From Felis catus (Eukaryota), in the NCBI RefSeq assembly GCF_018350175.1, contig NC_058368.1, forward strand, positions 191,148,001 to 191,212,000: a DNA stretch of 64,000 bases. The letters run 5' to 3'. Every line of letters begins with the position of its first letter. Position 1 is the first letter of the stretch. The position numbers and the translations under genes were made by a program. This document shows, in pieces, positions 37,961 through 51,671 of the stretch. The notes under the pieces were generated by a model. That model did no database searches and had not been told where the DNA came from. It saw only the letters and a list, made by a program, of their open reading frames with translations.

Positions 37961-39679
37961 GTGTGTAAATATTTAATAGAGTGATTCTTTCTGGAGCTGG
38001 GAGATTATTAGTTACTTAATTTCCCTTACTTTTATATTTTATAGATTTTATTTGTTCAATGTTTATGCCATCTGTAGTTAACAGGAGAAATAATTCTATT
38101 AAACATTTCATAAATAGTATTTACCACAAGAAACTGATTATTACAAACAAAAAAAATTAATACCCTCCTGAAGCATAAGGTATGACAAGTTTCATTTTAA
38201 TAGGTAGTTGGGAGAAAAAAATATATAATATACATAGTGGTTGGACTCTAATTTGTTGTGGCTTGAATGTTTTTTTTTTCATTCGTCTAAAACCTAATAT
38301 CAAAGAATAATTTAAAAATGATCTTTTTAAAAGCGAAAGTTGAAATTATTCCAAATATTCAGTAAATATTCAGAGCATTAAAAAAATTGGTGAAATTCAC
38401 ATAGTTTTATTCTTTAACAAAGATTCATAGTTTTACTTGGAAATCTACTCTGAATGATTAACAACTATAAATTTTTGTATAGATAGCACATGACATTTTA
38501 TCAGGCTCTTCGATTATTTGATCTTCGAAATAATCTTGTGAAATAGGCAGGACAGTTATTACCATTCCTTTAATGATGGAAATGAGGCTCAGAGAGCCAG
38601 TATGGACATCATCAACGGAACCACTGGTCCTCAACCCTTCCAGCTGGATTTGCTCCAAATGGGACATTAGGAGATCAGGGAGCAGAAGAGTTGGGTCATT
38701 AGGTTAACTAGTCGTCTGGCTTCCTTTCCTTGCTCTTTCAGGGCTAGAAGCAGTTGTAGCCCCCTTTAGTTACTGGGCCCGAGTGGTGCACTATCCACAG
38801 TTTCCTAAACCTTCCTACATTCTCAGTCTGAATATATCATCTGAATGTATCATCTGGGAAACTCCTACGCCCAAGTTGACTTCACAGGGGGAGGGTGGGG
38901 GGGGGAGTCATTCTTTTCCAAATAGGGAATGTCAAACAGTGTCTAGGATTGATGGGGATTCTGAGAAGGTTACAGAAAGGAGGAGTCCCAGAGACTATCC
39001 AATATAGTTCAGTACCCTAGCTCTACAGATGTGGAAATGGTGGAACAGAGTGTGAGTCACTTCACAACACAAACTTTAGTGTTCACATGGATCACCAACT
39101 TTGTTATTCTGCACCCCTTGGGGAATATTAATTTGGATGATTTACATTGTTTCAAACTTTGAATATGAATTCAGAAGCTTCTATTTTGATATGTAATTTC
39201 AAAATCCCAAATTCAAATGCTCAAAACACCAGTTGTACCATAGTTCTTAGCAAACAAGAAGTTGTACAAAAGACCGAGTAAACGCACTTAACTATTACAC
39301 TAAGTATAGTTCCTTTCAATATATCCTTAATTAAAAGTTCCATTTTCAAAATCCATTGTGTTACAGTACGAATTATAAAAGTTATGAATATGTTAGTGAA
39401 ACAAAGCTACAGAACAATGTTTTGCTCCCACAGTGAAGACAGCCAGAATGAATCAAGTCTCTTGTTTATATTACACAGACAACAGTTTACATTTCCAATT
39501 GCATCCTCTGTGGAAAAATGTTTTGCCTCCAACTAAACACCACATTCTAGTACTTGCAGAGTCCATGGCCAACTGGAGGTGAGGAATAGTGATGGATGGA
39601 GGTTTTGAGCAAGTGGGATTGGAGGGTTTTTTAAAGGAAGTTGAAGGGGCAGTCACCCACTGGACCTAGGCTCAAAGCT

Positions 39680-39900
39680 GAGGGGCCATCTCTTAAGCCC
39701 AACACCTGGCTCTGTGTATTCTTAACTCTGTTTACCAGGGCAAATTTTACAATCTGAGTCTTAGTTTTGTCATTTGTAAGATGGTAAAAATAATACACCT
39801 CATGTGAGTTCATGTGAGAACTAGACGATGATGTTTAAAACAGCATTCAGTCCAGTACCAGCACCTGGTCTGGAGTCCGTAAACTGTACTGTTTAATGAC
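39680..39900 (+). mobile_element. MIR
   Basis: TCTGAGTCTTAGTTTTGTCATTTGTAAGATGG...AATAATACACCTCAT. Confidence 0.6.
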
Positions 39901-40311
39901 TATTACTATAGTGACAGCAGCTAATCATTCATGGCCAGAGAAGACATTAAATATCTCCATGACCAAAGTTAAGCATCTTATAAAAATCCTGCTTTCCAGT
40001 AACTTTGGTATATTTCATCATTCTTGCCTTAGAGATTCTGGGAATGTTGTTCACATCATCATTTGGACTCCCAAATGCAATAAATCTTTGAGCACGCTTC
40101 AACTCAAATTTGTCAAGCATCAGGGATCCATGAGGAACACTCCTATACAATGTATAACAATTTCTATACTCTTGAATTTATCTCTGAAAGCAAAAGTAAA
40201 CTAATCTGCCTTAGAGTCAAGTATTACCAAGACACATGAATACCAAGAGTTCTAAGAATATCTACAGTAGAATTCAGTTGTGACCCATCTGGGTATGGAG
40301 TCCAGCAAAAG

Positions 40312-40495
40312 CCAATGATTCCCAACTACCTGTCCCTGAAAGAATTACCTGAGAGTGATCCAGGGACCTGGGAAAATACACCTTCTTGGTCCTCACTCCC
40401 AGAATTCTAAATCAGAAGGTCTGGGCTGAGCTGCATAGCTGGGTTTTAATGCTCTTCATGGTATTCTGTTGCCTGGCCAGATTTGGGAATCCCTG
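40312..40495. mobile_element. hAT-Charlie MITE (MER5-like)
   Basis: CAATGATTCCCAAC at the left and TTTGGGAATCCCTG at the right as degenerate TIRs; CCCAGAATTCTAAATCAGAAGGTCTGGG core. Confidence 0.6.
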
Positions 40496-41229
40496 GAAAG
40501 TCAATGAACTGAGTCATGAAGACTCAAGTTCTATTCTGCTAACTTTAGAGTGTCCTTTTGCAACTTCACTCTCCTCTCATGGCCTCAATTCATAAATTTG
40601 CAACACAAATGGGCTGCATCGATAGCATCTGTAAGATCTCTTCTGGAATCTGCCATTTTACTTGGAAGGCTAAAAGTAAACGGAAACAACTAGAAAGAGG
40701 AAATATCACGGTAAGTGTGAAAAAGGTCAATGCACATTTGGTCAATCAGGGAGAATTTTGGCAGGTCAAGTAGTTTTTTGGACAGCTCTTTAAAAGGCTT
40801 TCCCGCCACTCAGGGCAAAAACATTACCCACAACCTTCTGTTTCCTCTTATCTGGAAGGCTTGCTGCCTCCACAACAAAGCTGCCAGTTTCCTGCATACC
40901 AAAGTGTTTATCAAGTTAAAATTAATGAGAAACTGAGCCTTGGCAGGAAGCCCACTGCTACCCCAACTCTCCTGGTCACTGGCAAGAGAGCACAAGTCAG
41001 TCTGCAAAGAGGGAAGAGAGCCACTTGGCTCCATTGGCTGCCTCCTGACACTGCCGCTGAGCCGCCAAGAAGCTGATGGATGTACCGGAAGCTGCAGAAA
41101 TTCTGCAGGAGCAAACCCTGAGTGCTTTTGGTTCTAGAGCTAGCTCACGACATTAATAGGTTTGTCCTGCTTTTCACTATTTGGTTTTGGTTTGTTTCTT
41201 CTCCACTGAAAGTAAAAGCTTGTAATCTG

Positions 41230-41530
41230 GAGGCCCAGACCCAGAACTAGATTGAAAACCTAATTTGTTTGGCCTACTGCAGTGTCTTTATACCATTTAA
41301 GTCAACTTTTGGAAAACTGGAATATGCCACATAAAAATCCAATTTTCCAGATTCCCATGAAAAGTCCTAAATGTTAGGCAAAAAAAAGGCCAACCCATCA
41401 TTTGTGAGAGCTGAGTAACTGCTCTCACAGCCAGTAACTGCTCCCATTTAGAGGGAACATGTATAACCCAGGCTAACCCCAGACCCTACCACTCCCTACT
41501 ATATAGACAGAAGTCTAACATCCATGGTTG
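41230..41530. mobile_element. hAT-Charlie relic (MER102-like)
   Basis: CACATAAAAATCCAATTTTCCAGATTCCCATGAAAAGTC resembles the recalled consensus. Confidence 0.4.
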
Positions 41531-41565
41531 GTTCCTACCTTGCTCCTGGTATCTTTTTATTTGTT

Positions 41566-41652
41566 TTAATTTTTTAAATTTTTTTTTAAAAGTTCTATGT
41601 TTTTATTTATTTTGAGAGAGAGACAGAGAGTAGGAGCTGCAGCGGGGAGGGG

Positions 41653-41705
<53 letters not shown>

Positions 41706-41831
41706 TCTCTAGTAGGCTCCACACCGTCAGCATGGAGCCCGACACGGGGCTTGGACTCATCAGCTGTGAGAATGTAACCTGAGCCAAACTCTAGAGTCAG
41801 TTTCTTCACCCACTGAACCTCCCAGGCGCAC
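41566..41831 (-). mobile_element. Older Can-SINE with long (GA)n
   Basis: Diverged SINE body; (GA)n at ~41655-41700. Confidence 0.9.
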
Positions 41832-42779
41832 CGCCCTTGTTTGTTTTTAAATAGACAAATACTTTGGCAGCTACATTTCCAACAAAAGCCAGGGTGTGGA
41901 AAAAAAAGCTGGTGTCAGTGACCGGTAGGTTTCAGAAAACTAGGATGAGGATACACAGCTTTTGTAAATGCTTAACATGCAGACCTGACCCAATTCACTG
42001 ATTAGCATCCCCCACCTTGTTCCTCTAGACCCTGGATTTGTAACCCCTTCATTAATAGAAAGGTTGAGCTGAGACAGTCAGGGACCTTGGGAACAAGCCC
42101 CTGTGCACCTCTAACCCTGCTGGTTTACAGCTTTTTTTTGTTTGTTTGTTTGTTTGTTTTTAAGCGCCAAACACAGAGGAAGGAGTTTGGAAGTGCCAAA
42201 CACAGAAGCCTGGACTGGTTCAGACTAGTCCACAAATAAGATGGCCATCAAGTTTGATCTGTCGCCAACCGCTTCTTTCACTATAATGCTAAAAATCATG
42301 CCTCGAGTTGGAGACTTAACATGCAAATGAAGCATATGACATATGAAGAAGCATGTCAACTTCATGTTGTCATGTCAACTTCACCTCTGTACCCAATTCC
42401 CTGTATTTCTTCACCCTTTTATGCTTAGATGTCACTCCTTTCCTGCGTCAGGCCCGTTAAAACTTTCCCTGGCTATTATTCTTGGGAGCCAGTCTGACAC
42501 TCCAGCTGTGACTGTGTCTCTCTTCAGCTAGAGCCATTGCCCCATTAAAGCTTTGCCTGTGTTTGTACATTTCGGGTCCAGCCTCATTCCTACCATTGCT
42601 GAGTCCAAGGATGCGAGTCTGGTAACAAGAGCTATGTCCAAAGCTCACTAAGAAACCAGGGGACTGTGTAAGAAGCAGCATGTTGCAGGGCAGGGGTGTT
42701 CAGGCCCCCTGCGATGAAGATCCCTTAAAAAGAAAATGAATGTTGGAAAAAAAAAAAAAGATTTCTACTGGTTATTTGT

Positions 42780-43010
42780 TGAGAGGCAGTCAGTTGAATG
42801 GTTAAGGGCAAAGTTTCAGAGTCAGACAGCTTAATATAAAAATGATCTAGTTACTTACCCTTTTTGCCTCTCTGTTTCTCACATGGAGATAATTAATAAT
42901 CCTTGTCTCTTAGGGTTCTTATGATGCTTGAATCAAGTATTCATATAAAGCACTAAATGTGGTATCTGGCAGATGGTAAATGCTCAATAAGGGTTATTAA
43001 TATTGCCATT
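42780..43010 (+). mobile_element. MIR
   Basis: GGTTAAGGGCAAAGTTTCAGAGTCAGACAGC...GGTAAATGCTCAATAA. Confidence 0.6.
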
Positions 43011-43614
43011 ATTGACAGATAAAATGCATAACATAAAGCTGGTATATGTACATTATTTTGAAATGGATTTATTTTTCATTAATCCTAGTGGCATCTGCAT
43101 GCATATGAAAAATAGTAGTGTATGTATTTGTCGGACATTATTCTGTTCACCAACCATATGAACTGCTTTGGCAGTTCAGCCTTCCTCACTGTCTCCAGGG
43201 ACTTTGAGGTCAAAGGTTAAGAGGGTAGAGAGAGGCCAAGTCACTACTCCAGTTCAAGACATTAGGCTTCAATTATGTTTTTGCTCCCAAACTGGCCACC
43301 ATCTTCTCTCAAAGGAAACAAAGCGGAGGTACAAGTAGAAAAGGGAGAAGAAAAAGCAAGTGTCCTGGGGCAAGTCACTGAACAGGGATTAGCTGAGAAA
43401 GTGAGGATTTCACATTAGATCCAGGGCTTTCTATCTGTGCTCCCTGGGGAACATTTGGGTAGGGAGTTAGGGGCAGACTAAGTGGCTGGGTTTCAGATCC
43501 AGCCTCGCTTTAGAGAGAACAGTTTTCACAGAGGTTCCTCATAATAGATCATGTGCGAAAGTGTTGTGCTGCTTCCCAAGTGTTTCAAACAATGGGGCTT
43601 GCAAATCTTAAAAA

Positions 43615-43804
43615 CAGTGGTTCTCCAATTTGGCTGCCTGTTGGAATCACTCCAAGGAGCTATGAAAATACTGATGCATGGGACTTAGCTCAGGACCGAT
43701 TTAAATGGTCATAAGGGTGGCCTGGATGTCCAGATATGCAAAAGCTTCTCCAATGATTTGACCTCGAAAATATTAGCCAAGACAAGACCAAGGTTACCCA
43801 CTGG
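43615..43804. mobile_element. hAT-Charlie MITE (MER5A1-like)
   Basis: CAGTGGTTCTCCAATTTGGCTGC...GAATCAC start and ...CCCACTG end. Confidence 0.7.
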
Positions 43805-44614
43805 TCTGCCCTCAGCCTTTTCAATGCAGAGATCCCAGGAAGCTTATGTAAGGAAATTAAAAAAAAAAAAAAAAATCAATCCCATAAGGAGCATGATTTG
43901 GAAAGAGTTCAGATCATTAAAGAATGCCAGTGATGTTTACTTATTTTCTTGAAGACCTGATTTCTAATTACTTTCTTTCATGGAGATAGTAAAAGAAAAT
44001 GTAAATTCAGTTTTAAAGGAGTTCTATAAAACCAAGGTCCGCATTAAAAAAAAAAAAAATTCCAATCACAGCCTAGATTCCCACTCAGTCTATAAGGAGT
44101 TAAAGTTCTACTTTTGCCACAAGAAAAAAATTAATTTTGATTCACTTCGCTATGACAGTTCCTTTAACAGGTTATTTTAGTAGGGCTTTGTGGTAAAATG
44201 AAACATTTCAGTTCAAAGAGCAAATAGAAAGGTATACACCAGCAGGGTTACAAAAACATTGTTTGGAACATTTGAACAAGATAATACAGCAACTTGGCTA
44301 TGAACAATTAACTGACAAATACGTATTAAATTGTGTTTAAACCAAGGGAGGTTTATCATATTTGGAAAAAGGGGATTAGAGCATTTTCCTTCCCCTACTT
44401 TGGCTAATCAAAACCCACCAAGATCAATTTCGAACAGTCTGAGAGAGAGAGAGAGAGAGAGAGAGATCTCCTGACATATTTTTGGTAAATAAAACACAAG
44501 GAGATACAGACCCATAGCATTTCCAGTTTTGAAAAAGATATATATTAACTGGTCAAAGAGTACTTTTATCACATTTTCTTCAACAAATCATATATTCACA
44601 AGCCATTATTGAAG

Positions 44615-44976
44615 TCAATGCTGTCGAAAAGAAGTAGAACATGACAGACATTTGAAATGAACAGCCACGTTAATATGTAAAAAGAAAGGGTAAAATGAGT
44701 TTTGATACATTTTAACCTGCTATATCAAAAAATTGTCATTTCAACATATAATCAATATTTATTATATCAGAAACAGGTGAATTATACAGGTAGGTGAATT
44801 ATAGATCAACATAATGTTAAAATAATTATAGATATTATACATTTTTTTAAATACCATGTCTTGGAAATCTCATGTGTTTTTTACACTTATACGACCTACC
44901 AGTTTATACCTGTCACATGTATTTCCAGTATTTTATAGCCAGACATAGCCAGTGGCCACTACACTGGATACGTGAC
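44615..44976. mobile_element. hAT-Charlie MITE (MER3/MER33-like)
   Basis: CAATGCTGTC...TGTCATTTCAACATATAATCAATA...ATAGCCAGACATAGCCAGTGGCCACTACACTGGATA. Confidence 0.65.
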
Positions 44977-45739
44977 TTAAATGATTCACATGTACAATCA
45001 TGACGTACGCAAAAGAACTATTATGCACATTTAGGCTATCTCCTCTTTTGCTCACTTCTCTATCTGAAGATGCTCTCAGTAAACAGTATTTAAAATTTTC
45101 AGAACTTCATCCCTTCATCTTCTATGTTACTCACGGGAGCAAAGAGATAAAAAGAGGCAAAAGCAAGAATTTCTTGTATCTGTTTCTCAGCAGCTCTCTG
45201 GCTTCCCTTCTGTTTACCACCTTTCCCTACTGGCTGCCCTTGATGTATCTCAGCTCATATTATTGTGTGGCCGAATGGTTTATGTTCCTCTCTGTTCTCA
45301 GTTTGAATGCAGAGTAATGAAATGTTTTATGTCTTTCTTTTCAGGAAATGTTTACCTACTGACGGCATCGTATTTTTCTATTCCAGTTATGTTAAGAGCC
45401 CTTGAGGTACAGAAGTTTTTTAACCACTATCCTACATGAAATTAACTATGCATTTGAGTTTTTGTTTAGAGTCCTTCCGGTTCTTCATTAGGTCACAACA
45501 GAAATCTAAAGACCAGTGGCAGCCTTTCAGAACAAAAACAAAAAAATTTATGACCTATCTTTCAGAACACGAAACAAGTTCATTATTTAGAACCAGCAAA
45601 ATCTCTGCATGGAACTGCCTCCTCTCTCAAAATCAGAGGCTTTAACAGACTCAGAGAAACCACCAGGCTGAAGATCATCTTTCCCCCTGTATAAAATCCT
45701 ATATCCTCACAACATTCCACACTTCCTACAGGCAATGTT

Positions 45740-46400
45740 AATTCAATGCCAAATCAATGCCTATTTATCAAGCTCTTTACTATGCTCGTTACACTATACC
45801 ACATGAAGATAAACCACGAACAAGACAAACATCATCCTGTCCATTAAGGAAAATTACTGTGTGATAGGAAATTATGATTATAATTTAGGGTTTGATGTAC
45901 ATGATGATGTAGGGCAATGAGGTCATGTTGGCTGCATATAAAGGAAATGAAACCAGCCCAGTAAAGGGGGTTAATGAAGGCCCCTTAGAGCATAAGCTGA
46001 GCCTTGAAAGGTATCCAAAAGTTCCCTAAATGAACAAACCTAGGAGGGTAGAGAAGCATCCCAAGAGGCATGCTAGGACTGACAAAAGCCAGAGTTGCTG
46101 GTGTGGTAGTTTAGACTAGACAAACCAAAAAGAGTCACAGAGAGAGGGAATGACAGAAAGAAAGAGGAGGTATAGTAATGGGGAGAGCCCCCAGAAACCA
46201 TGATAAAGTTCTGGCATTTACCCCAGCTCTAATAGGAAGCTATCAAAGGGTTTTACACACAGAAAGTATGTGATTATGTCTGCTCTTTAAAAAGATCATT
46301 CTAGCTGTAGTGTGGAAAACAGAGGAGGGACTGTGAATGGTTGCAGGGAGACCATTTAGGGATCTAGAAGGGTCCCTGCTTTCAAGGTCCAGACTTGGGT
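45740..46400 (-). mobile_element. L2 fragment
   Basis: TTTAAAAAGATCATTCTAGCTGTAGTGTGGAAAACAGA...GCAGGGAGACCATTTAGG. Confidence 0.65.
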
Positions 46401-46945
46401 GGTAAACTAGCTCCCAAGTGAATGGAGCCTGCCAATACATCTCATTTAGTCCACAAACCATTCTGAAAATTAGATGTTTGCATGTAAAAACCTGCCTTTC
46501 CAGCATCTCTTAAAAGATAGCCTTGGCAACTGTAGGCTCACTCACGTAGGTATCCCAAACAACCAGCTGGAGCTGAGGAGTGCCAACCTCTTTCAGGCAG
46601 GGCCACAGGCCTCCAGTTTCTCAAGGTCCCTGTCTCACTACACAACTTCATTTCTGGCTCCTATATATAAACTTGACCTCCAGAGTAGAACCATCTAGTG
46701 ATCAAACTCAAGACAGGGAGAAATTAAAGGGCCTATGCCTCCAGGGCTAAACTGGCAAGCAGTCCATCATGAGGCTACCACAACTGGGAAAGGGGTGCCC
46801 AGGAGCCATCAGAGGCTCCAGCATCCTGAGATACATAAAAATGCTGACGTTGATGCAACAGACCATCTGAACAGTATCATGCAAATCATGACGTAGTGCA
46901 TTTATCAGAGTATGCTGTAAGCTCAACTTGAAAGACCATGGTGCA

Positions 46946-47109
46946 GGGGCACTTGGGTGGCTCAGTCAGTTGAGTCTGACTCTTGATTTCAGCTCAGGTC
47001 ATGATCTCATGGTTTGTGGGATCAAGCCAGACACCAGGCTCTATGCTGACAGTGCGGAGCCTGCTGGGGATTCTGTCTCTCCCTCTCTCTCTGACCCTCC
47101 CCTGCTCAT

Positions 47110-47170
<61 letters not shown>

Positions 47171-47193
47171 ATAAATAAGTATTAAAAGAAAAG
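46946..47193 (+). mobile_element. Can-SINE with long (CT)n
   Basis: Flanks AAAGACCATGGTGCAG and AAAGACTATGGTCCAG; (CT)n at 47111-47167. Confidence 0.93.
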
Positions 47194-47928
47194 AAAGACT
47201 ATGGTCCAGTTGTATCGACAGGAGTCAATTCTAAGCTGCTTCAAATAAAGACACTGGATTTGTGGGGTAGGAAGTCCTCTACTAGCAAGATGACGAAAAT
47301 ACAGAGGCCAAACATCTGCCAGGACCCCTCCACTTCTCCTGATTGGATAGAACATTTTAGACTTTTGAGGCTGGATACAACCCCAACATTCTTTGAAACA
47401 GGACTAGCCAAAAAGCATCCCAGTTTCCAGATACTGTTTGTATGTGGTCTGTGTGGGAAAGAGGACAATCCAGTAGTGGGGGGCGGGGGGGAAAGGCTTA
47501 TGATTATGGGTTTTAAGAAAGTGCAAGTAGCAACCATTTCTTAACCCCAACTATAAAATAAATAGGAGGACATTTTCTCCCTGAAATCTTCCTTTTTTGT
47601 TTCATTCAGGAGTATGTTTGCAATTAAGATGAAGTTAATGAAAGATCTAAGAAATAGAGAAGGCTTTAATAAGTCATTTAACCTGACAATACTTCTATCT
47701 TAACTCCATTTCCCTTCACATCTGAATATAATTGCATTAAAAGACAGTAGAATTTCTCCCAGCTATTTATTAAACAACTTGCAAACTGCCATATCAACAT
47801 ATTTTGTAGATTTAAGTTTCCCCTTCCAGATATTTATTTACTGATCTTTCTCTTCCTATGTTCTTATCTCTAATTTCCCATCATTGCATTATAAAGTCAG
47901 CCAATATTTTTCTAAAGTTAAATCATCA

Positions 47929-48084
47929 GGGGTGCCTGGGTGGCTCAGTTGTTTGAGCCTTCAACTGTTGGTTTCCACTCAGGTTATGATCTCATAATTC
48001 ATCAGGTCTAGCCCCGCACTGGGCTCTGCCTTGACAGGGTGGAGCCTGCATGGGGTTCTCTGTCTCCCTCTCTCTATCTGCCCC
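47929..48084 (+). mobile_element. Tailless (3'-deleted) Can-SINE
   Basis: SINE head and body end at ...TCTGCCCC with no AATAAA or poly-A. Confidence 0.9.
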
Positions 48085-48840
48085 AATGATTTAATGACTT
48101 AAATCATTAATTCAACAAATGTCTTGAGAAATCTACTATGTAGGCCTGGGCACAGAAAGCTTCCTTTCTAGTGGGGGCGTGAAGTGAGCAAAGAATAATG
48201 AAACATTTTTAAATGTTGTCCTTGTACTAGAGGTAGGCTACAGAAACAGACACGGAGAGAGAAAAGTCAGATGCTGAGAGGGTTAGGGAAAATTTCAGAG
48301 GAATATTTGAGATCTTTTAGAAACAAAAGCTATCTAAAACTTGTCAATTTAGAGCATGAAATGTCTGCTATGAAATGAAAAGGCAGACTTAGATAGACAT
48401 TGTTCAACAAACTCATCCAAGAGTTATTTAACCCTCTAGGAGAATTCACTAGTGTTTGACTTTGCTATTTACTAGTTCATTAGAGCTGAGACTTTGAGAA
48501 GCTTCTTGTTAACATGTAGACGTATAACCTGTAGAAAAGGTAATTTCAAGGTTATAGCTTGCTTTCTCTCTAGTACTAACCCTTTTGTCGCTGATCAAAT
48601 TCATCTCCAAACACCTTTTATGGTATACTGTCGTTACACTGCTCCTTAAAATGCTCTTTGATCTAGATTTCTATTTTCCTTTTATTCACATTTATTAATG
48701 AGTTAAATAAAACCTTTGAAATATATCCATTACCTATTTGGATGAGTCATGTTTATACTTTCTGAATATTATACTTGGAAAAAGGGAGTCTTTAAGGATC
48801 AGTAAACATCTACCAAGAAGTCAGGGTGAATTCCTTCTTT

Positions 48841-49083
48841 TTTTTTATTTTATTATTTTTTTTTATTTTTATTTTTTTTTAACGTTTATTTATTTTTGAG
48901 ACAGAGAGAGACAGAGCATGAACGGGGGAGGGTCAGAGAGAGAGGGAGACACAGAATCTGAAACAGGCTCCAGGCTCTGAGCGGGCAGCACAGAGCCCAA
49001 CACGGGGCTCGAACTCACAGACCGCGAGATCATGACCTGAGCTGAAGTCGGACGTTTAACCAACTGAGCCACCCAGGCGCCCC
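48841..49083 (-). mobile_element. Can-SINE
   Basis: TSD TGAATTCCTTCTTT at 48827-48840 and 49084-49097; long T-rich tail. Confidence 0.96.
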
Positions 49084-49299
49084 TGAATTCCTTCTTTTTA
49101 ATGTCTTCCCCAAAAGAAGACAAGTACAGAGTAAAAAGCAAATACTCTGTTGAAACACAACAGTTGCCTTCCTCTTTCTCCAACCTCGGCTTCCCAAAAG
49201 CAAATCAACAATATTTAACTGACTCAGTGCTTAATTCTTTAATGATTATGTCACTCTCCTTTTTAGGCTTATATTCCTCTCTCATAATTTACCTTTTTA

Positions 49300-50870
49300 T
49301 GATATAATCTTAACTCTATGAAATGTAAGGATTTAGCCTATTCTTCCCTCCCCCAGCTTTTATTCTTCTGCGGTTTTACTTGTAGCTGAAATAATACATC
49401 TAAACTTTGCCTTGCTTCATTAACCTCGGAAGAAAAAAAAAATTCATCTTCCCATTTTGTTAAAGATCTTCATGCCTCTCTTGTCTCTGTATCCGCTACT
49501 CTTTTCTGTTCTTCCTTTGACTCTGTATCCACTATCTGCCAACCTTGCTCTTATTTCCATTATTCAAGGGTTATAACATTTGCTTAACTTGCTTGTATGT
49601 TTGCTTTATAGGAGGATTCTAAAGTTGGAAGAGTTTATTATGACGACATAAATTGTCCATTGGAGAAGCAAGGAGCATACTAAGATAGCATTTAGTTCTC
49701 TTTGGATTAAATGCCATACCCCCAGACTCTAGTAGTCAAGTGGATTCTTTGTTATTTTTATGCTTATTTGGGCCGTGGTCTCCTCATATAGTTCTTGCCA
49801 TTGTTCTTGTTGAGACTTATTTCCAAATGTCTGCCTTTTCTTTAAAGACCCACATGCTCTCCTTCCCATCACATCACTTGATTCACCGGCAAAACTCTCT
49901 TCATAGTAACCTGCTCCAACTTTCTTCTTGAAGATATCCTTCTTAGAGTTCCTGATTTCCCCAATTTTGACCAAATACTTTCCATACCTGCTGTACTGCC
50001 TTATCTTCCACTTTTTGAAGGGTTTTTGGCTTCAGTTTCACCATTTCTTGGTATCTTCAGAAATATTAAATTTCCATGGTAAATTCACATAAATATATCC
50101 AGAAAGGGTAAATGAGAGGTCTATATACCTTGATGTTTTTAATTTTTTTTTAATTCCTTGACATTGTTCTCACTTATAATTTGGTTTAGAACTGAATTAT
50201 AGATTCAAAAGAGTTTTTTCTCAGAAATATAAGAAACTATCCAATGTCTTCCTGACTCTAGTGTTGTTGATGAGAAGTTTGATAGCATTTTAAAAATAGT
50301 ACCTTTTGTATAAGTTTTTTCCCCCAACCAGAAGCTTTTAAGATTCTTTTATTCTTAGAATTTTGAAAATTGAATCTGATGCACATCAGGACCTTGTGTT
50401 TAATTCCCATTTAGGTCACTGGTTTATGATGTGTAAATTCAACCTATTGCCTCACTTGAGTAATATTTAAAAATTTTGATAATCAAATAGCCCCACCTCC
50501 AAAATTTATCTGGTGTCTTTGGTGATTCTTCAATGGGATTTATCTACAATATTTGACTCTTGATTTCCACTAAATATTCTCTTTTCTAGGTCTTAGATCT
50601 ATACTTTATTTCACAACCCTTTAACTTAATTTACAAGAGATAGTTCTTACTCTCAGTGTTTTTTAATACTGTTCTGTACTTATTTTATGAACAGATTTTT
50701 TTTTTACTATTTTTAAGGATAAAGATTAGAAGGTTTTAAATACACTCTTTTGTCCCTCACATTATCTATTTTTGCAATGGTTACACATTTCAGTAGTAAC
50801 CTTTGTTAACTTTTGTCCTTCTTTCATGATTTCTCCTTTACAAGTGGTTTTCTTCATTAGTGTGATTGTC
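49300..50870 (-). mobile_element. Very old L1ME/HAL1-like fragments
   Basis: T-rich decayed sequence containing CTAGTGTTGTTGATGAGAAGTTTGAT and GAAGCTTTTAAGATTCTTTT, typical of antisense ORF1-like relics. Confidence 0.45.
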
Positions 50871-51199
50871 AGTTTTTGGTTTGAAAATACAAAAATGAAG
50901 TTTCACTTACAGTTACGATATCAAAAAGCATAATTCAATGTCACCCCTGCTACAACTACATGAACTAGCCAGATAAACCTTTCTTTAAAGATCTTCACTG
51001 AAGAGCTATGGATTCAAAGAGCTCTAAAAGAATCAAACCCCAGAGAATGATTTCATAATTGAGAGGTTGGAGGAAGGGGAATCAGAGCAACAAGTCTCCT
51101 AGAGAAGTATAGCCTTTGTTTGACCGGAGAAACTAGCCAAATGTTGATGAACCTGTAAGCTACTGTGTTGGATTTGAAACTAGAAATACCCAAAATGCA

Positions 51200-51629
51200 C
51201 AAATTCATTCCACGGCCCTAAACGTAAAAGCTAGAGCCATAAAACTTCTGGAAGAAAACTTAGAAGAATATCTTAGTGTTTTTAAGTCAGGCCAAGATTT
51301 CATAGGTAGGACATAAGAAGCAGAGACCATAAAATGAAAATGTGAATAAACGGACACTTCATCCAAATGAAAAACTCCTGCCCTTCAGAAGACACCACAA
51401 AGAAAATGAAAAGTAACAAACTGAAAGACAACTGATCTGCAGAATATAAAAGACACAGAATTTATATCCAGACCATTTGAAAAATTCCTACAACTATGAG
51501 CACCTGAGTGGCTCAGTCAGTTGAGCTCCCAACTTTTGATTTCAGCTCAGGTCATGGTCCCAGGGTCCTGGGATGGAGCCCCACATTTGCCTCTGAGCTG
51601 AGCATGAAGCCTGCTTGAGATATATTCAT

Positions 51630-51671
<42 letters not shown>

